Below, piece after piece: positions 29,958-42,570 of a DNA stretch of 64,000 bases. A program made the position numbers and the translations under genes. The notes under the pieces were generated by a model. It searched no databases. It was given only the letters and a program-made list of their open reading frames with translations, and was not told the DNA's origin. Location of the stretch: the NCBI RefSeq assembly GCF_013315695.1, contig NZ_CP054353.1. The stretch is one strand, 5' to 3'. The first letter of the stretch is position 1; each line of letters opens with the position of its first letter. The DNA is from Escherichia coli (GTDB lineage: Bacteria; Pseudomonadota; Gammaproteobacteria; Enterobacterales; Enterobacteriaceae).

Positions 29958-31130
29958 TTAGCCAGCGTTAGCTTTTACGATATCGTCGATCAGTTTATTG
30001 ACAGGTGCCAGGCTGATTTCACGCGCGGTGCTTACCGCGACCGGTGTGGAACGTACTTTGTTTGCCAGTACCTGACCGTCACGGTTAGTGGTATTGACAC
30101 TCACCAGCGTGGATAAACCGATACGCAGCGGGTATTGCTCCAGCTGTTTCTGGTCCAGTTCAATACGCACAGGCAGACGCTGAACGACTTTGATCCAGTT
30201 ACCGGTGGCGTTTTGCGCCGGAAGCAGTGAGAACGCGCTACCTGTGCCCATATCCAGACCAACCACTTTTCCGGTGTATTTCACATCATCGCCGTAAATA
30301 TCGGTGGTGATGGTGACCGGCTGACCGATACGCATATTGGCAATCTGCGTCTCTTTAAAGTTGGCATCCACCCACATATTGGTGGCTGGAACGACCGCCA
30401 TCAGCGGCGTCGTTGGGCTAATTTGCGCCCCAGGCTGTACCGCGCGGCGGGAGACATAACCGGTCATCGGACTGACAATACGGGTACGCTCCAGCGCCAG
30501 CCAGGCGTTACGTACTTCGGTGGCAGCCTGTTGTACGGCAGGCTGATCTTCCAGTTTCGTCCCCAGAATCATCGCCTGATTGGCATTGTATTGTTGAATA
30601 GCGACGTCCAGTTGCGCCTGGGCACTGGTGACGGCGTCGCGGGCGTGTTGCAGCTCTTCGCGACCAATCAGGTTGGCATTGCCCAGCGGCACACGGCGGT
30701 TGTAGTCGCTTTGTGCTTTCGCGAGGGCGATTTTTTGCACCTCAATATTCGCCTGCAACTGTTTGCTGTTAATCATCAGCTGGTGGGTTTGGCGAACGCT
30801 GGAAGCCAGTGCAGTTTTGGCTTTTTCAAACGCCTGGCGAGCATCTGTCGGGTCGAGAGTGACCAGCACGTCGCCTTCTTTTACAAAATCGGTGTTATCG
30901 GCCCAGACTTTCGTCACGCTGCCAGACACCTGAGACATAATTTGAATCTGATTCCCTGCCACGTATGCGTCATCGGTTTCTTCGAAATGACGCAGTACTA
31001 AAAACCAATAAATCCCTATCGCTACGGCAATAATTATAAAGAGCAAGGTGAGAAGGAGGAGCAGACGCTTACGTTTGCCGCTCTTCTTTACCGGTTGCTG
31101 CGGGGTTTGAGTCTCCGCATTTGCGCTCAT
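29958..31130 (-). CDS. emrA: Multidrug efflux membrane fusion protein EmrA
   Basis: Single N-terminal TM segment plus coiled-coil/HlyD-like periplasmic domain; start trimmed to MSANAETQ. Confidence 0.93.
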   Translation of the reverse strand: MSANAETQTPQQPVKKSGKRKRLLLLLTLLFIIIAVAIGIYWFLVLRHFEETDDAYVAGNQIQIMSQVSGSVTKVWADNTDFVKEGDVLVTLDPTDARQAFEKAKTALASSVRQTHQLMINSKQLQANIEVQKIALAKAQSDYNRRVPLGNANLIGREELQHARDAVTSAQAQLDVAIQQYNANQAMILGTKLEDQPAVQQAATEVRNAWLALERTRIVSPMTGYVSRRAVQPGAQISPTTPLMAVVPATNMWVDANFKETQIANMRIGQPVTITTDIYGDDVKYTGKVVGLDMGTGSAFSLLPAQNATGNWIKVVQRLPVRIELDQKQLEQYPLRIGLSTLVSVNTTNRDGQVLANKVRSTPVAVSTAREISLAPVNKLIDDIVKANAG

Positions 31131-31256
31131 ATTGTTCTCCACGATCTTCTTAACTCATCGGCTGAGCCGACCTGCTTGCCAAAAAGGCCAGCATGTTGCG
31201 ATGCTGGCCGGTTATTTTTTCTTTTATAAATCTGGATTTTTGAGCGAGATGACGCG

Positions 31257-31787
31257 TTAGCTCATCGCTTCGAGAACCACACCGTCTTGTTCCATCTGGT
31301 CGAGACGGGAGAGCAATTTGCGGGTGATTTGCTCGAGCTGATCTTTTTCTGTTGTGCTGAGCGCGGACCAGAGTTGATGCAGGCAGTTATGCTGCGGTGG
31401 TAAAACCTCGCGCAAAAACTCGTGACCTTTTTCCGTTAATTGCAGATGCAGGCAGCGGCGATCGTTATCGCTTTCACGACGTTCGATCCAACCGCGTTTT
31501 TCCAGTTCATCGGCAATACGCGTCGCGTTGGTACGGGATGATCCAAGAGCACAACTCAATTCAGAAGGCTGAATACTGTGGTTTTCCTGAGACTCCAGCG
31601 TAATCAACGCCATAAACAACGTCTCGTTAATCCCCTGAGCCTTCAGCATTTTATTGCGGTTCTCCAGCAGCTTGCTTTGCATATGCATGCAAAGACGGGT
31701 CAGAAGGATCTCCTGATAAGGAAAATCTTCGTGGCGGCTGGCGCGAAATTTTAGCATTTGTTCAATGGGCGTAAACGAACTATCCAT
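31257..31787 (-). CDS. mprA: MarR-family repressor of emrAB (EmrR/MprA)
   Basis: 176-aa MarR-type winged-helix ORF upstream of emrA. Confidence 0.93.
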
Positions 31788-31877
31788 TTGGGTATGACCT
31801 CATTAATTTCAGCCGATATAGTAACGACAGTGACAAATAAAGTAAATGTATTGTTTTAGAAAAATGATTCTTGTGGG

Positions 31878-32213
31878 TTATATAATCGCCATCACTTTCC
31901 AGGCGAGCCCGTAGGCCAGCGCACTAAGCAGTGTTGGGATGATAATGCTGCGTGTTTTATAGAAACTGGCACCCAGTACCGCGAAGCCGACCAGCGTGGG
32001 CACGAAACGGCGTGTATCGTGCATCACTTCTGGTGCGGTAGAGACAACCAGCAGAGCGCATATCGAGGCGATGCCAATGGTGTCGAGCAATATGCCTATC
32101 GTGCCACGTTTGGTTGGGCGGGCATTACCCACACGCAGGCGCAGCGGCAAATAGCGGAAGCAATAATTCGCCGTGCCAACCAGTAACCCAAGCAGCAAAA
32201 CCTCATAGCTCAT
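31878..32213 (-). CDS. ygaH: L-valine exporter small subunit (AzlD-like)
   Basis: 111-aa hydrophobic ORF overlapping the ygaZ stop. Confidence 0.88.
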   Translation of the reverse strand: MSYEVLLLGLLVGTANYCFRYLPLRLRVGNARPTKRGTIGILLDTIGIASICALLVVSTAPEVMHDTRRFVPTLVGFAVLGASFYKTRSIIIPTLLSALAYGLAWKVMAII

Positions 32214-32940
32214 CGGGCGCTCCTTGCCAGAATGCCTGGATTAACGCAGTGAGGCAGCCACAGACAATGCCTGCCAGAATGGCGACGGGAATAGAAAATA
32301 GCGTTACGCCTGCAAGGGCACCAACTAACGCTGCGGTAACGCAAAGAGATTGTTTGCGCTGGAAAGAGGCGAGCAGGAAACTCATAAAGAGTGCCGGAAG
32401 CATAAAACCTAATGCTGCTTCAACGGCGGGATATCCTTGCAGCAAGCCGCTGCCGGAGAATGCCCCTATTACCGTACCAAATACCCACGATGACCATGAA
32501 CTGAAGGCAATGCCGATCATCCAGTTTTCGCTCCAGCGGCGATTATTGCGTACCAGTTTTGCGGTTGCGGCGGCAAAAACCTCATCCGTCAGGCCAAACG
32601 CCCACAGGGCGGTTTTCGATTTTTGCAGACGCTGAATAATACGGCTACGCAGTGACGGGCCATACAAAACATGGCGAACATCCATTGCCATGACGGTCAG
32701 TGCAGCAACCCACAAACTACTCCCGGCTGCCAGCATCGCGGTAATGACGAACTGGCTCGCGCCTGCATAAATGATGCAGGAGAAAAAAACGCTTTCGAGA
32801 GGAGAGAATCCCAGACGGGTCGCATTCAGACCGAACGCAAAGGCCACCGGAATATAACTAATAACAATCGGTAAACTGTCTTTGCATCCTTCCATGAAGG
32901 TCGCCGAACCAGGAGCAGGCTGTGGAGTAGGGCTTTCCAT
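32203..32940 (-). CDS. ygaZ: L-valine exporter large subunit (AzlC-like)
   Basis: 245-aa membrane ORF. Confidence 0.88.
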   Translation of the reverse strand: MESPTPQPAPGSATFMEGCKDSLPIVISYIPVAFAFGLNATRLGFSPLESVFFSCIIYAGASQFVITAMLAAGSSLWVAALTVMAMDVRHVLYGPSLRSRIIQRLQKSKTALWAFGLTDEVFAAATAKLVRNNRRWSENWMIGIAFSSWSSWVFGTVIGAFSGSGLLQGYPAVEAALGFMLPALFMSFLLASFQRKQSLCVTAALVGALAGVTLFSIPVAILAGIVCGCLTALIQAFWQGAPDEL

Positions 32941-33063
32941 AGAGTGTACGCTTAACGATTGTTAATATTATAAATAGACTGAATGAATATCTTAACCTTA
33001 TCAGACTGATGGGCTTCTTAACACCCTTATAAGGGTAAAGCCACGAAAACGGTTGCTGATTGC

Positions 33064-34248
33064 TTAATTTGCGGCTTCCTGACGATGAAAACCTCGCCAC
33101 CAGACCAGTAAGTTAACCAGGGCAATCGTCGCGCCAGCCAGACAAACGCCAGCCCAACCGCCATGTTGCCAGGCTGAGGCTGAAATTAGCGAACCGGCAG
33201 CGCCGCCAATAAAGTAGCTGGTCATGTAACCTGCAGTCAGGCGATTACGCGCATCGGGGTAAATTCGATAAATTACCGTCTGGTTAGTGATGTGCACCCC
33301 CTGTACGGTGAGATCCAGCACCAGGATGCCGATAACCAGCGCCAGTACAGAAGTGTGTCCAAACCAGATAGCCAGCCATGAAAGTAACAGCAGCAGCAGG
33401 CCGAAAGTTGTGGTGAGGTGTGATTTGCCCTTATCGGCAAAACCGCCCGCCGGACGAGCGCCTAACGCCCCGGCAGCTCCTGCAAGTCCGAACAGACCAA
33501 TTACGCCATCGCTGTAGTTAAAAGGTGGAGCGGCAAGCAAAAAGGCCATTGAGGTCCAGAGAATGCTGAAGTTGGCAAAGGTCAGGCAGCCCAGCAACGC
33601 GCGGGTGCGCAGGATTTTATCGCTGATAAACATGCTGAAAACGGAACCCAACAACTGTGGGTAGTTGAGGTGGGTTTCTGATTTCATTTGTGGCAGACCA
33701 CGCCATAATGCCAGCGCCATCAGTGCCATTAACATCGAAGCAACCCAAAAGACGGTGCGCCAGCCGCCGAGATTCGCCAGCAATCCGGCAACGGTCCGTG
33801 CCAGCAAGATCCCCAATAGCAGACCGCTCATAATGGTGCCAACCACTTTGCCGCGTTTGTCCGGTGAAGCCAGCGTCGCTGCCAGTGGAACCAGAATTTG
33901 TGCCACGACTGAGAATAAACCGGTTAATGCCGTACCGAGGATCATCATCGCCAGCGACTGACTGCTGGCAGTGATTAACATGCCGCCTGCCGCCAGTAAG
34001 GTCATCGAGACAATCAGGCGGCGGCGTTCAAACATATCACCGAGGGGAACAAGAAACAGCAGACCTGCGGCATAGCCCAACTGCGCGGCGGTAACAATAA
34101 AGCCTGCCGAACTGGCGGAAAGGGAAAAGTTACGCGCGATGGTGTCGAGCAATGGCTGGGCGTAATAGTTACTGGCTACCGCCAGACCGGTGGCGATAGA
34201 CATCAGCACGATCAGCGCCGGGCTAAGCTCATGATTAGGTTTAGTCAT
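33064..34248 (-). CDS. ygaY: MFS transporter (12 TMS); uninterrupted here
   Basis: 394-aa continuous ORF with MFS topology between ygaZ and proX. Confidence 0.8.
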   Translation of the reverse strand: MTKPNHELSPALIVLMSIATGLAVASNYYAQPLLDTIARNFSLSASSAGFIVTAAQLGYAAGLLFLVPLGDMFERRRLIVSMTLLAAGGMLITASSQSLAMMILGTALTGLFSVVAQILVPLAATLASPDKRGKVVGTIMSGLLLGILLARTVAGLLANLGGWRTVFWVASMLMALMALALWRGLPQMKSETHLNYPQLLGSVFSMFISDKILRTRALLGCLTFANFSILWTSMAFLLAAPPFNYSDGVIGLFGLAGAAGALGARPAGGFADKGKSHLTTTFGLLLLLLSWLAIWFGHTSVLALVIGILVLDLTVQGVHITNQTVIYRIYPDARNRLTAGYMTSYFIGGAAGSLISASAWQHGGWAGVCLAGATIALVNLLVWWRGFHRQEAAN

Positions 34249-34348
34249 TATTTTTGTTCATCAGGTGATGATTAAGCTGGAAATCAATAATAGCGGATGT
34301 TGATGAATATGGGATGAAAGATAGATTGTTGAAATGTGCGGTGTGGTT

Positions 34349-34431
34349 TGTAGGTATGATAAGACGCACCAGCGTCGCATCAGGCATTGCGTACAGAGCG
34401 GCGGATGAGGCAAAAACGCCTTATCCGCCCG
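34349..34431. repeat. BIME (two REP-like palindromic units) between ygaY and proX
   Basis: tgtaggtatgataagacgcaccagcgtcgcatcaggca and ggcggatgaggcaaaaacgccttatccgccc. Confidence 0.6.
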
Positions 34432-34439
34432 AATAAAAA

Positions 34440-35432
34440 TTACTTCTGCGCTGCCAGCGCTTCATTCACCCAGCCATCGAACTGCTGCTGGTGGGCTTTG
34501 ATCCAACCATCAACGTGGCCCTGAATATCGCCTTCTGAGGCTTTGCCGTCATGCATAATGGCGTTCTGGGCGTTAATATCTGCCACTGGTAACTGCATAA
34601 TGGCAAACAGTTTCGCTGCTGCCGGGTTTTTCTCGGCCCAGGCTTTGTTGGCAACGATATGCATGGTACTGACCGGGAAGCCGTAATTCGCGCCATTCGG
34701 CAGCTTAGTATCGGCATTTTTATCGCCCGGCAGCGCAGAGAACGGCACCTGCAACCAGACCACATCTTTCCCCGGTTTCAGTTCGTTACTCACCCAGTAC
34801 GGCGTCCAGGTGTAGTAAAACACCGGCTTACCCTCTTTGTAACGACTGATGGTGTCAGCCATCATCGCTGCGTAGTTCCCCTGATTATGCGTCACGGTAT
34901 TGGTCAGTCCATACGCGGCAAGCTGGTGGTTGATCGCACCTTCGCAGCCCCAGCCTGGGTTACAGCCGGTTAAATCCGCTTTACCGTCGCCGTTGGTATC
35001 GAACAGTTTGGCGATCTTCGGATCTTTAAGTTGCGCGATGTTGGTGATTTTGTACTGGTCGGCGGTTTTCTTATCGATCAGATAACCCTGTGCCGCGCCG
35101 TTAACAAATACTCCTTCACGATAAAATTTCTTATCGCCACCGGCAGCTTCATACATGTTGTCATGCAGCGGCGTCCAGTTCACGGCGGTGAAGGTTGCAT
35201 CGCCGGAAGCAAGTGAGGTGTAGCCAACGTTGTAATCCACTTCGCTGGGTTTATTGACGGTATAACCTAATTTCTCCAGTGCACGACTGACCAGCAGCGT
35301 CTGGAAGGTTTCTTCAGTGATGGTACTCTGAACTGGATTAACAGTAATGCCTTTGCCCGGCAGATCGGCAGCAAAAGTTTGTGTAGAGATAAGCGTGGCA
35401 AACGCTGTCGCAAAAAGTACGCTATGTCGCAT
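34440..35432 (-). CDS. proX: Glycine betaine/proline ABC transporter periplasmic binding protein
   Basis: Signal peptide [21 protein letters not shown]; start trimmed from the track ORF. Confidence 0.93.
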   Translation of the reverse strand: MRHSVLFATAFATLISTQTFAADLPGKGITVNPVQSTITEETFQTLLVSRALEKLGYTVNKPSEVDYNVGYTSLASGDATFTAVNWTPLHDNMYEAAGGDKKFYREGVFVNGAAQGYLIDKKTADQYKITNIAQLKDPKIAKLFDTNGDGKADLTGCNPGWGCEGAINHQLAAYGLTNTVTHNQGNYAAMMADTISRYKEGKPVFYYTWTPYWVSNELKPGKDVVWLQVPFSALPGDKNADTKLPNGANYGFPVSTMHIVANKAWAEKNPAAAKLFAIMQLPVADINAQNAIMHDGKASEGDIQGHVDGWIKAHQQQFDGWVNEALAAQK

Positions 35433-35489
35433 TGTTATTCCTTTTTTTGGCAGGGTGATAATGCCCGGCGTCACCGGGCAAGTGCAGAG

Positions 35490-36554
35490 TTACTTAATGA
35501 ATGGGCGGGTCAGCAGACCGACAGGGCCAGTGGTGTACCAGCGACGGTTGCCGCGACTGCGTGAGTCGCGCCCAACGGCCTGCGTCAGGCGGTCGAGGAT
35601 AATGGCGAGGATCACAATCCCGACGCCGCCAACGGTGGCAAGCCCCATATCCAGACGACCGATACCGCGAAGTACCATCTGACCCAGCCCGCCGACGGCA
35701 ATCATCGAGGCGATGACCACCATAGAAAGGGCCAGCATCAGCGTCTGGTTAACGCCCGCCATAATGGTTGGCATCGCCAGTGGTAACTGAACTTTGAACA
35801 GCATCTGGCGCGGGCTGGCACCGAATGAGCGCGAGGCTTCAATCAGATCCGCCGGAACCTGGTTAATTCCCAGAATCGTCAGACGGATAATCGGCGGCAG
35901 CGCAAAGATGATCGTCACCACCACGCCCGGCACGTTACCGATACCAAACAGCATGACGATTGGCACCAGATAAACAAACGCGGGCGTGGTCTGCATGGCA
36001 TCAAGCAGTGGACGAATAATTTTCGCCGCTCGCGGACTTCTCGCCAGCCAGATCCCCAACGGCAAACCTATGACGATACAGAACAGCAGGGCGGTTAACA
36101 CCAGCGCCAGGGTAACCATTGCCTGTGACCAGGCACCGATTGCGCCGATGGCAATCAGCGAAACCAGCGTCGCCACGCCCATTCCGACCCCGGAAATCTG
36201 CCAGGCGATGAGAGCGAAAACGATAATCGCCACTGGCGCTGGCATACCCAGCAGCAATTGCTGGAAACCGTTGAGGATATAATCAACCGGAACGCGCACG
36301 CCCTGGAAGACGGGACGGAAATGGGTAACGACCCAGTCGATCCCTTCAGTGACCCAACTGTCGAGCGGGATCAGTGTTTTATGGAACGGATCGAGAATAT
36401 TAAAATGCTCGACGTTTGGCGCAGGCGTACTGGTCAGCCAGTCAGCGCCACCGCCGTCAGTCGGTGCAGTCGCCGGTGTACCCCAGGCGTCTGCGGATTG
36501 TGCAGCACTGTCCGCCGCTGGCGTGGTATCCCACGGATTATTTTGATCAGCCAT
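35490..36554 (-). CDS. proW: Glycine betaine/proline ABC transporter permease
   Basis: 354-aa membrane ORF; overlaps proV stop. Confidence 0.93.
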   Translation of the reverse strand: MADQNNPWDTTPAADSAAQSADAWGTPATAPTDGGGADWLTSTPAPNVEHFNILDPFHKTLIPLDSWVTEGIDWVVTHFRPVFQGVRVPVDYILNGFQQLLLGMPAPVAIIVFALIAWQISGVGMGVATLVSLIAIGAIGAWSQAMVTLALVLTALLFCIVIGLPLGIWLARSPRAAKIIRPLLDAMQTTPAFVYLVPIVMLFGIGNVPGVVVTIIFALPPIIRLTILGINQVPADLIEASRSFGASPRQMLFKVQLPLAMPTIMAGVNQTLMLALSMVVIASMIAVGGLGQMVLRGIGRLDMGLATVGGVGIVILAIILDRLTQAVGRDSRSRGNRRWYTTGPVGLLTRPFIK

Positions 36555-37749
36555 TATTTACCCCCTCACGATCTAAAGCGCGCAGCAGCATTCCTTTCGA
36601 AATAATGCCGACATACTGTTGGTCCTCGTCGACCACGGGCACCGCACAGGGTGCCTGTCCGACATGAGAGAGCAACTCGCTAAGAGGCGTTTGTGCATCG
36701 ACCGCTAACGGCGCATCAATCAGCGCCGCATCAAGACCTTGCTGCTGCGTTAACGCGGCTTTAAGCGAATCGATAGACACCGCGCCGACAAACTTATTAC
36801 CGCGTTCGATGACGTAGCCATATTCGCGATCTTCATCCTGCAATAATTTCAGTGCTGAACGCGGGCCGAAGCCGGGGGTTTTACGAATTAAGCCGTTCGG
36901 TGTCCGGCGAGCAATATCTTTCGCACTGAACACCTGACTAATATCGACGCCACGGAAGAAGGTACGGACATAATCATTCGCCGGATTATTGAGAATTTCA
37001 TCCGGTGTGCCGACCTGTACCACTTCACCATTTTGCATAATGGCAATTCGGTCGCCAATACGCATAGCTTCATCGAGATCGTGGGAAATAAAGACAATGG
37101 TGCGCTGATGTTTCGCCTGTAATTTTACCAGCTCATCCTGCATCTCGGTGCGAATTAATGGATCGAGTGCTGAGAAGGCTTCGTCCATTAATAATATATC
37201 CGGATTAATCGCTAACGCGCGGGCTAATCCCACACGTTGACGCATCCCGCCAGAGAGTTCATCCGGGTAGCTGTGGGCATAATTTTCCAGCCCGACCTGA
37301 CGCAGTGCATCAAGGGCTTTTTCCCGGCGTTCTTCGGCATTAATTCCGGCCAGTTCCATACCGAACGCAGTATTGTCCAGCACGGTCATATGCGGCATTA
37401 AGGCAAAGGACTGGAATACCATCGCAATCTTTTTTCTGCGCACCTCACGGAGTTCGGCGTCGGATATTTTGGCAATATCCACACCATCAATCAGCACTTG
37501 CCCGCGGGTGGGTTCAATCAGGCGATTGAGAAGGCGTACCATTGTGGATTTACCCGAACCGGATAATCCCATGATGACAAATATCTCGCCTTCTTCAATG
37601 GCCAGACTGGCGTCTTTTACGCCAAGCGATAGCCCAGTTTTTTCCAGAATTTGTTCTTTTGAAAGTCCTAGTTCGATATATTTGAAAGCTCGCTGTGGAT
37701 GCTCACCAAATATTTTATAAAGATTTTTAATTTCTAATTTAATTGCCAT
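36547..37749 (-). CDS. proV: Glycine betaine/proline ABC transporter ATPase (with C-terminal CBS domains)
   Basis: Walker [10 protein letters not shown] and ABC signature LSGGMRQR. Confidence 0.95.
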   Translation of the reverse strand: MAIKLEIKNLYKIFGEHPQRAFKYIELGLSKEQILEKTGLSLGVKDASLAIEEGEIFVIMGLSGSGKSTMVRLLNRLIEPTRGQVLIDGVDIAKISDAELREVRRKKIAMVFQSFALMPHMTVLDNTAFGMELAGINAEERREKALDALRQVGLENYAHSYPDELSGGMRQRVGLARALAINPDILLMDEAFSALDPLIRTEMQDELVKLQAKHQRTIVFISHDLDEAMRIGDRIAIMQNGEVVQVGTPDEILNNPANDYVRTFFRGVDISQVFSAKDIARRTPNGLIRKTPGFGPRSALKLLQDEDREYGYVIERGNKFVGAVSIDSLKAALTQQQGLDAALIDAPLAVDAQTPLSELLSHVGQAPCAVPVVDEDQQYVGIISKGMLLRALDREGVNNG

Positions 37750-38104
37750 GCAATAGAAAGATTCCTGTTATTTGTTTATGTCGATACATTACCCAATGGA
37801 AATAGTCACTTTTTTCTACCCTAACATACTGAGAATCTGAGGCAACCCCTGATGGCAAATGTGGCATGAATATTGATGTGAGCAAATCGCCGGAATTTCC
37901 CATGATATAAGGGCTGAGAGCAAATCGAGAAAAGTTGATATTTTTTATCAAAGATAGCGAAAAAACGCCTGAATATTGTGGTTTCAGGCGAATAATGCAA
38001 TAGAGTGTCAGTGTAGATCACCACAAAATATTTGCGTGATAAAAAGCTATTTGGCGTGAATTATTTCCCTGCAGCGGGTAGTGATATTTTTGAAAATAAC
38101 CCCC

Positions 38105-39073
<969 letters not shown>

Positions 39074-41218
39074 TTAAAGTGCACAGGAGACGCAGCCTTC
39101 AATTTCAGTGCCTTCCAGCGCCATCTGACGCAGGCGAATGTAATAGAGCGTTTTGATACCCTTGCGCCAGGCGTAAATCTGCGCTTTGTTGATATCGCGA
39201 GTGGTGGCGGTATCGGGGAAAAACAGCGTCAGCGACAGCCCCTGATCGACATGGCGAGTCGCTTCCGCGTAGGTGTCGATGATCTTTTCTGCGCCGATTT
39301 CGTAAGCGTCCTGATACAGCGCCAGATTTTCGTTAGTCATAAACGGGGCAGGGTAGTAAACGCGTCCTGTTTTGCCCTCTTTGCGTATCTCTACTTTCGC
39401 CACAATCGGATGAATACTCGACGTGGCATGGTTGATATAAGAGATAGAACCGGTTGGCGGCACCGCCTGGAGATTCTGGTTGTATATGCCATAGCGCATC
39501 ACGTCGTCGCGCAGCTGCGCCCACATCTCACGGGTAGGTAACGTAATACCACTACGGGCAAACAGTTCGCCAACTTTCGCCGTTTTCGGCTGCCAGTTAC
39601 TTTGCAGATATTGGCTGAAATATTCACCACTGGCATAGCGTGACTGTTTGAACCCGGCGAAGGTTTCACCGCGTTCGCGCGCCAGCAACATCGAGGTACG
39701 CAGTGCGTGCCAGGTGATGGTATAGAAATAGAGATTGGTGAAATCCAGTGCTTCCGGCGAACCATAAGCGATGCCTTCTCGCGCCAGATAACCGTGTAAA
39801 TTCATCTGCCCCAGACCGATGGCGTGTGAGGCGGCATTTCCGGCTTCGATGGACGGCACGCTGCGGATATGACTCATATCTGACACCGCCGTTAAACCGC
39901 GTACGGCAGTCTCTACCGTGCGGGCAAAGTCGGGGGAATCCATGGTGTGGGCAATATTCAACGACCCTAGATTGCAGGAAATATCATGTCCTGTACGAGC
40001 ATAGTCGAGATTCTCGTCATATTCTGAGGCGCTGTTAACCTGCAAAATTTCTGAGCAGAGATTGCTCATATTTATGCGTCCGGCGATAGGGTTAGCACGG
40101 TTAACCGTGTCTTCATACATGATGTACGGATAGCCAGACTCAAACTGGATCTCTGCCAGTCGCTGGAAGAAATCACGGGCGTTGAGGTATTTTTTGCGAA
40201 TGCGTTCATCGGCAACCAGTTCGTCATAGTGTTCACTGATGGCGACATCGGCAAATGGCTTGCCATAAACTCGCTCTACGTCATAAGGCGAAAACAGCGC
40301 CATCTGCGCATTCTCTTTTGCCAGATGGAAAGTGATATCCGGGATCACCACGCCCAGCGACAGTGTTTTAATGCGGATTTTTTCGTCGGCATTTTCCCGT
40401 TTTGTATCGAGAAAACGCAGAATATCGGGATGATGAGCATGTAAATAGACTGCCCCAGCCCCCTGACGCGCGCCGAGTTGGTTGGCATAGGAAAATGCGT
40501 CTTCCAGCATTTTCATCACCGGAATCACGCCAGAAGATTGATTTTCAATACGTTTAATTGGCGCGCCCGCTTCCCGCAGATTCGACAGCAAAAATGCTAC
40601 GCCGCCGCCGCGTTTCGACAGTTGTAGTGCGGAATTCACTGCCCGGCCAATCGACTCCATATTGTCTTCAATACGCAGCAGAAAACAGGAAACCAGTTCG
40701 CCGCGCTGCTGCTTACCGCAGTTGAGGAATGTTGGCGTGGCTGGCTGAAAGCGTCCTGACAGCATCTCATCAGTGAGCTGCGTCGCCAGTGTTTCATCGC
40801 CTTGTGCCAGCGTCAGCGCCACCATCGTGACGCGATCGGCAAAATCTTCCAGATAACGCTTACCGTCGAATGTCTTCAACGTATAGCTGGTGTAAAACTT
40901 CCATGCTCCGAGGAATGTCTGGAAACGAAAACCGCTGGCGTGTGCGTGGGCAAACAGCGTAATGACAAAATCGCGAGAGTAGCGGTTGAGGACGTTTTCA
41001 TCATAGTAACCTTCGTTGACCAGCCAGTTCAGGCGCTGCTGCTGGCTACTGAAGGCCACACTGTTCGGACGCACATGCGTTGTCATAAAGGCGTCTACTG
41101 CCTGGCGATCTTTATCGAACTGAATGCGACCTGCGCTATCGTAAAGGTTAAGCATCGCATTCAGAGCGTGATAATCCATCGTTTCCTGCGTCAGGCGTTC
41201 TGCGGTTGTCGTTGCCAA
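39074..41218 (-). CDS. nrdE: Class Ib ribonucleotide reductase alpha subunit
   Basis: 714-aa ORF with C-terminal Cys pair (EGCVSCAL) typical of RNR alpha. Confidence 0.95.
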
Positions 41219-41601
41219 AATTCGGTTACTCCTTTACGAACGTTTTCGATATCGCTTTGCGTACCCATGAGTTCAAAACGGTACAGCCACGGCACGCCGC
41301 ATTTCCGGGCAATCACATCTCCGGCGCGGCCATATGCCTCACCAAAGTTGCGATTACCCGAAGCAATAACGCCGCGCAGCAACGCCCGGTTATGCTCGTC
41401 GTTTAAAAAGCGAATGACCTGTCGTGGCACCGCGCCAGCCGTACCGCCGCCGCCGTAAGAGGGCACGATCAGGATGTAAGGCTCGTCTACCTGAATCCGT
41501 TCCCGCTCATTGAGCGGGATGCGCACCGCGGGCAGCCCTAAACGTTCGATAAAACGCTGCGTATTTTCGGAGCTGCTGGAAAAGTAGACGAGCTGGCTCA
41601 T
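41191..41601 (-). CDS. nrdI: Flavodoxin-like NrdI (RNR class Ib activation)
   Basis: 136-aa ORF overlapping nrdE start and nrdH stop. Confidence 0.93.
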
Positions 41602-41843
41602 GCACTGGCCGCGTGTGGCGCTGGATGCAGACGATTGATCATGTCCGGGCGGAAACCAGACCAGCTAAGATCGCCTGCAATCACAACCGGCAACTGACGA
41701 AAGCCCTGAGCACGCAGCGCTTCTGCCGCTTCAGGAACGCGATCGACATTAATCATTTCAAAATCAAAGCCCCGGTTTTCCATCGCCCGTTTGGTGGCGT
41801 GGCACTGAACGCAATCGTTACGAGTGTAAATAGTAATGCGCAT
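41598..41843 (-). CDS. nrdH: Glutaredoxin-like protein NrdH
   Basis: 81-aa ORF with CVQC redox motif. Confidence 0.93.
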
Positions 41844-42051
41844 GATTCGTATTTCCGTTTAAGATGAAGATACGGCGCGATGATACGCGTCGGGTTGTCT
41901 CTCTGTTGATACAGAGATACTAGATGTAGTTGAAAAAATATTCAACCACACAAGATATGGGAATTTTAGATTTATTACGCCACCGATGAATGGCTCAACG
42001 GGGTAGGGGATTTTGTGTTTTTTTGCCGGGCGAATACCCGGCATCAAGAAG

Positions 42052-42483
42052 TTACATCCGCATGGAAACGGCCAGACGGTTAAAACAATTCATCAGCCCG
42101 ATGGCAAACGTTAAGTCGCTGATCTCTGCTGCGCTGAAATGCTCAAGCAAAGGCTGATAAACCTCGTCTTCCGCATGGGTTCTGGCAATTTCGGTTACCG
42201 ATTCCGCCCATGCCAGCGCCGCCCGCTCGCGTTCATCAAAATGATGGCTTACGCGCCAACCTGCCAGGGCGTCCAGTTTGTGCTGTGGCACGCCGGATTT
42301 GCGCAATGCTTTGCTGTGCATCTCCAGACAAAATGCGCAGCCGTTGATTTGCGAGACGCGCAAATAAACTAACTCCATCAACGTGGTATCCAGCGTGCTA
42401 TTTTCCAGTGCCGTTTTGGCCTGCACTAGTGCGTTATACACTGCCGGGCTAAGTTCGTAGTAAGGCTGACGTAATGTAGTCAT
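42052..42483 (-). CDS. AhpD-like / carboxymuconolactone decarboxylase family protein
   Basis: 143-aa ORF containing the AhpD-core motif CxxCxxxH (GCAFCLEMH). Confidence 0.75.
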   Translation of the reverse strand: MTTLRQPYYELSPAVYNALVQAKTALENSTLDTTLMELVYLRVSQINGCAFCLEMHSKALRKSGVPQHKLDALAGWRVSHHFDERERAALAWAESVTEIARTHAEDEVYQPLLEHFSAAEISDLTFAIGLMNCFNRLAVSMRM

Positions 42484-42570
42484 ACAGTTTCTCCTCTTAT
42501 TAACGCCCGCAATGTAGCACTATAATGGACTGCTAAAGAGAGCCATAAATTACCTAAAAAAGCAGACCAT

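Noticed and set aside
42025-42042. GC-rich hairpin (gccgggcgaatacccggc) between the AhpD-like gene and nrdH as a terminator
   Set aside because: A T-run precedes rather than follows the stem on the + strand, and the minus-strand RNA would carry an A-run after the stem; it does not fit a canonical intrinsic terminator for either strand.
41844-42051. Specific Fur and NrdR operator boxes upstream of nrdH
   Set aside because: These are expected from established nrdHIEF regulation, but I could not place a convincing match to either consensus by eye, so no coordinates are claimed.
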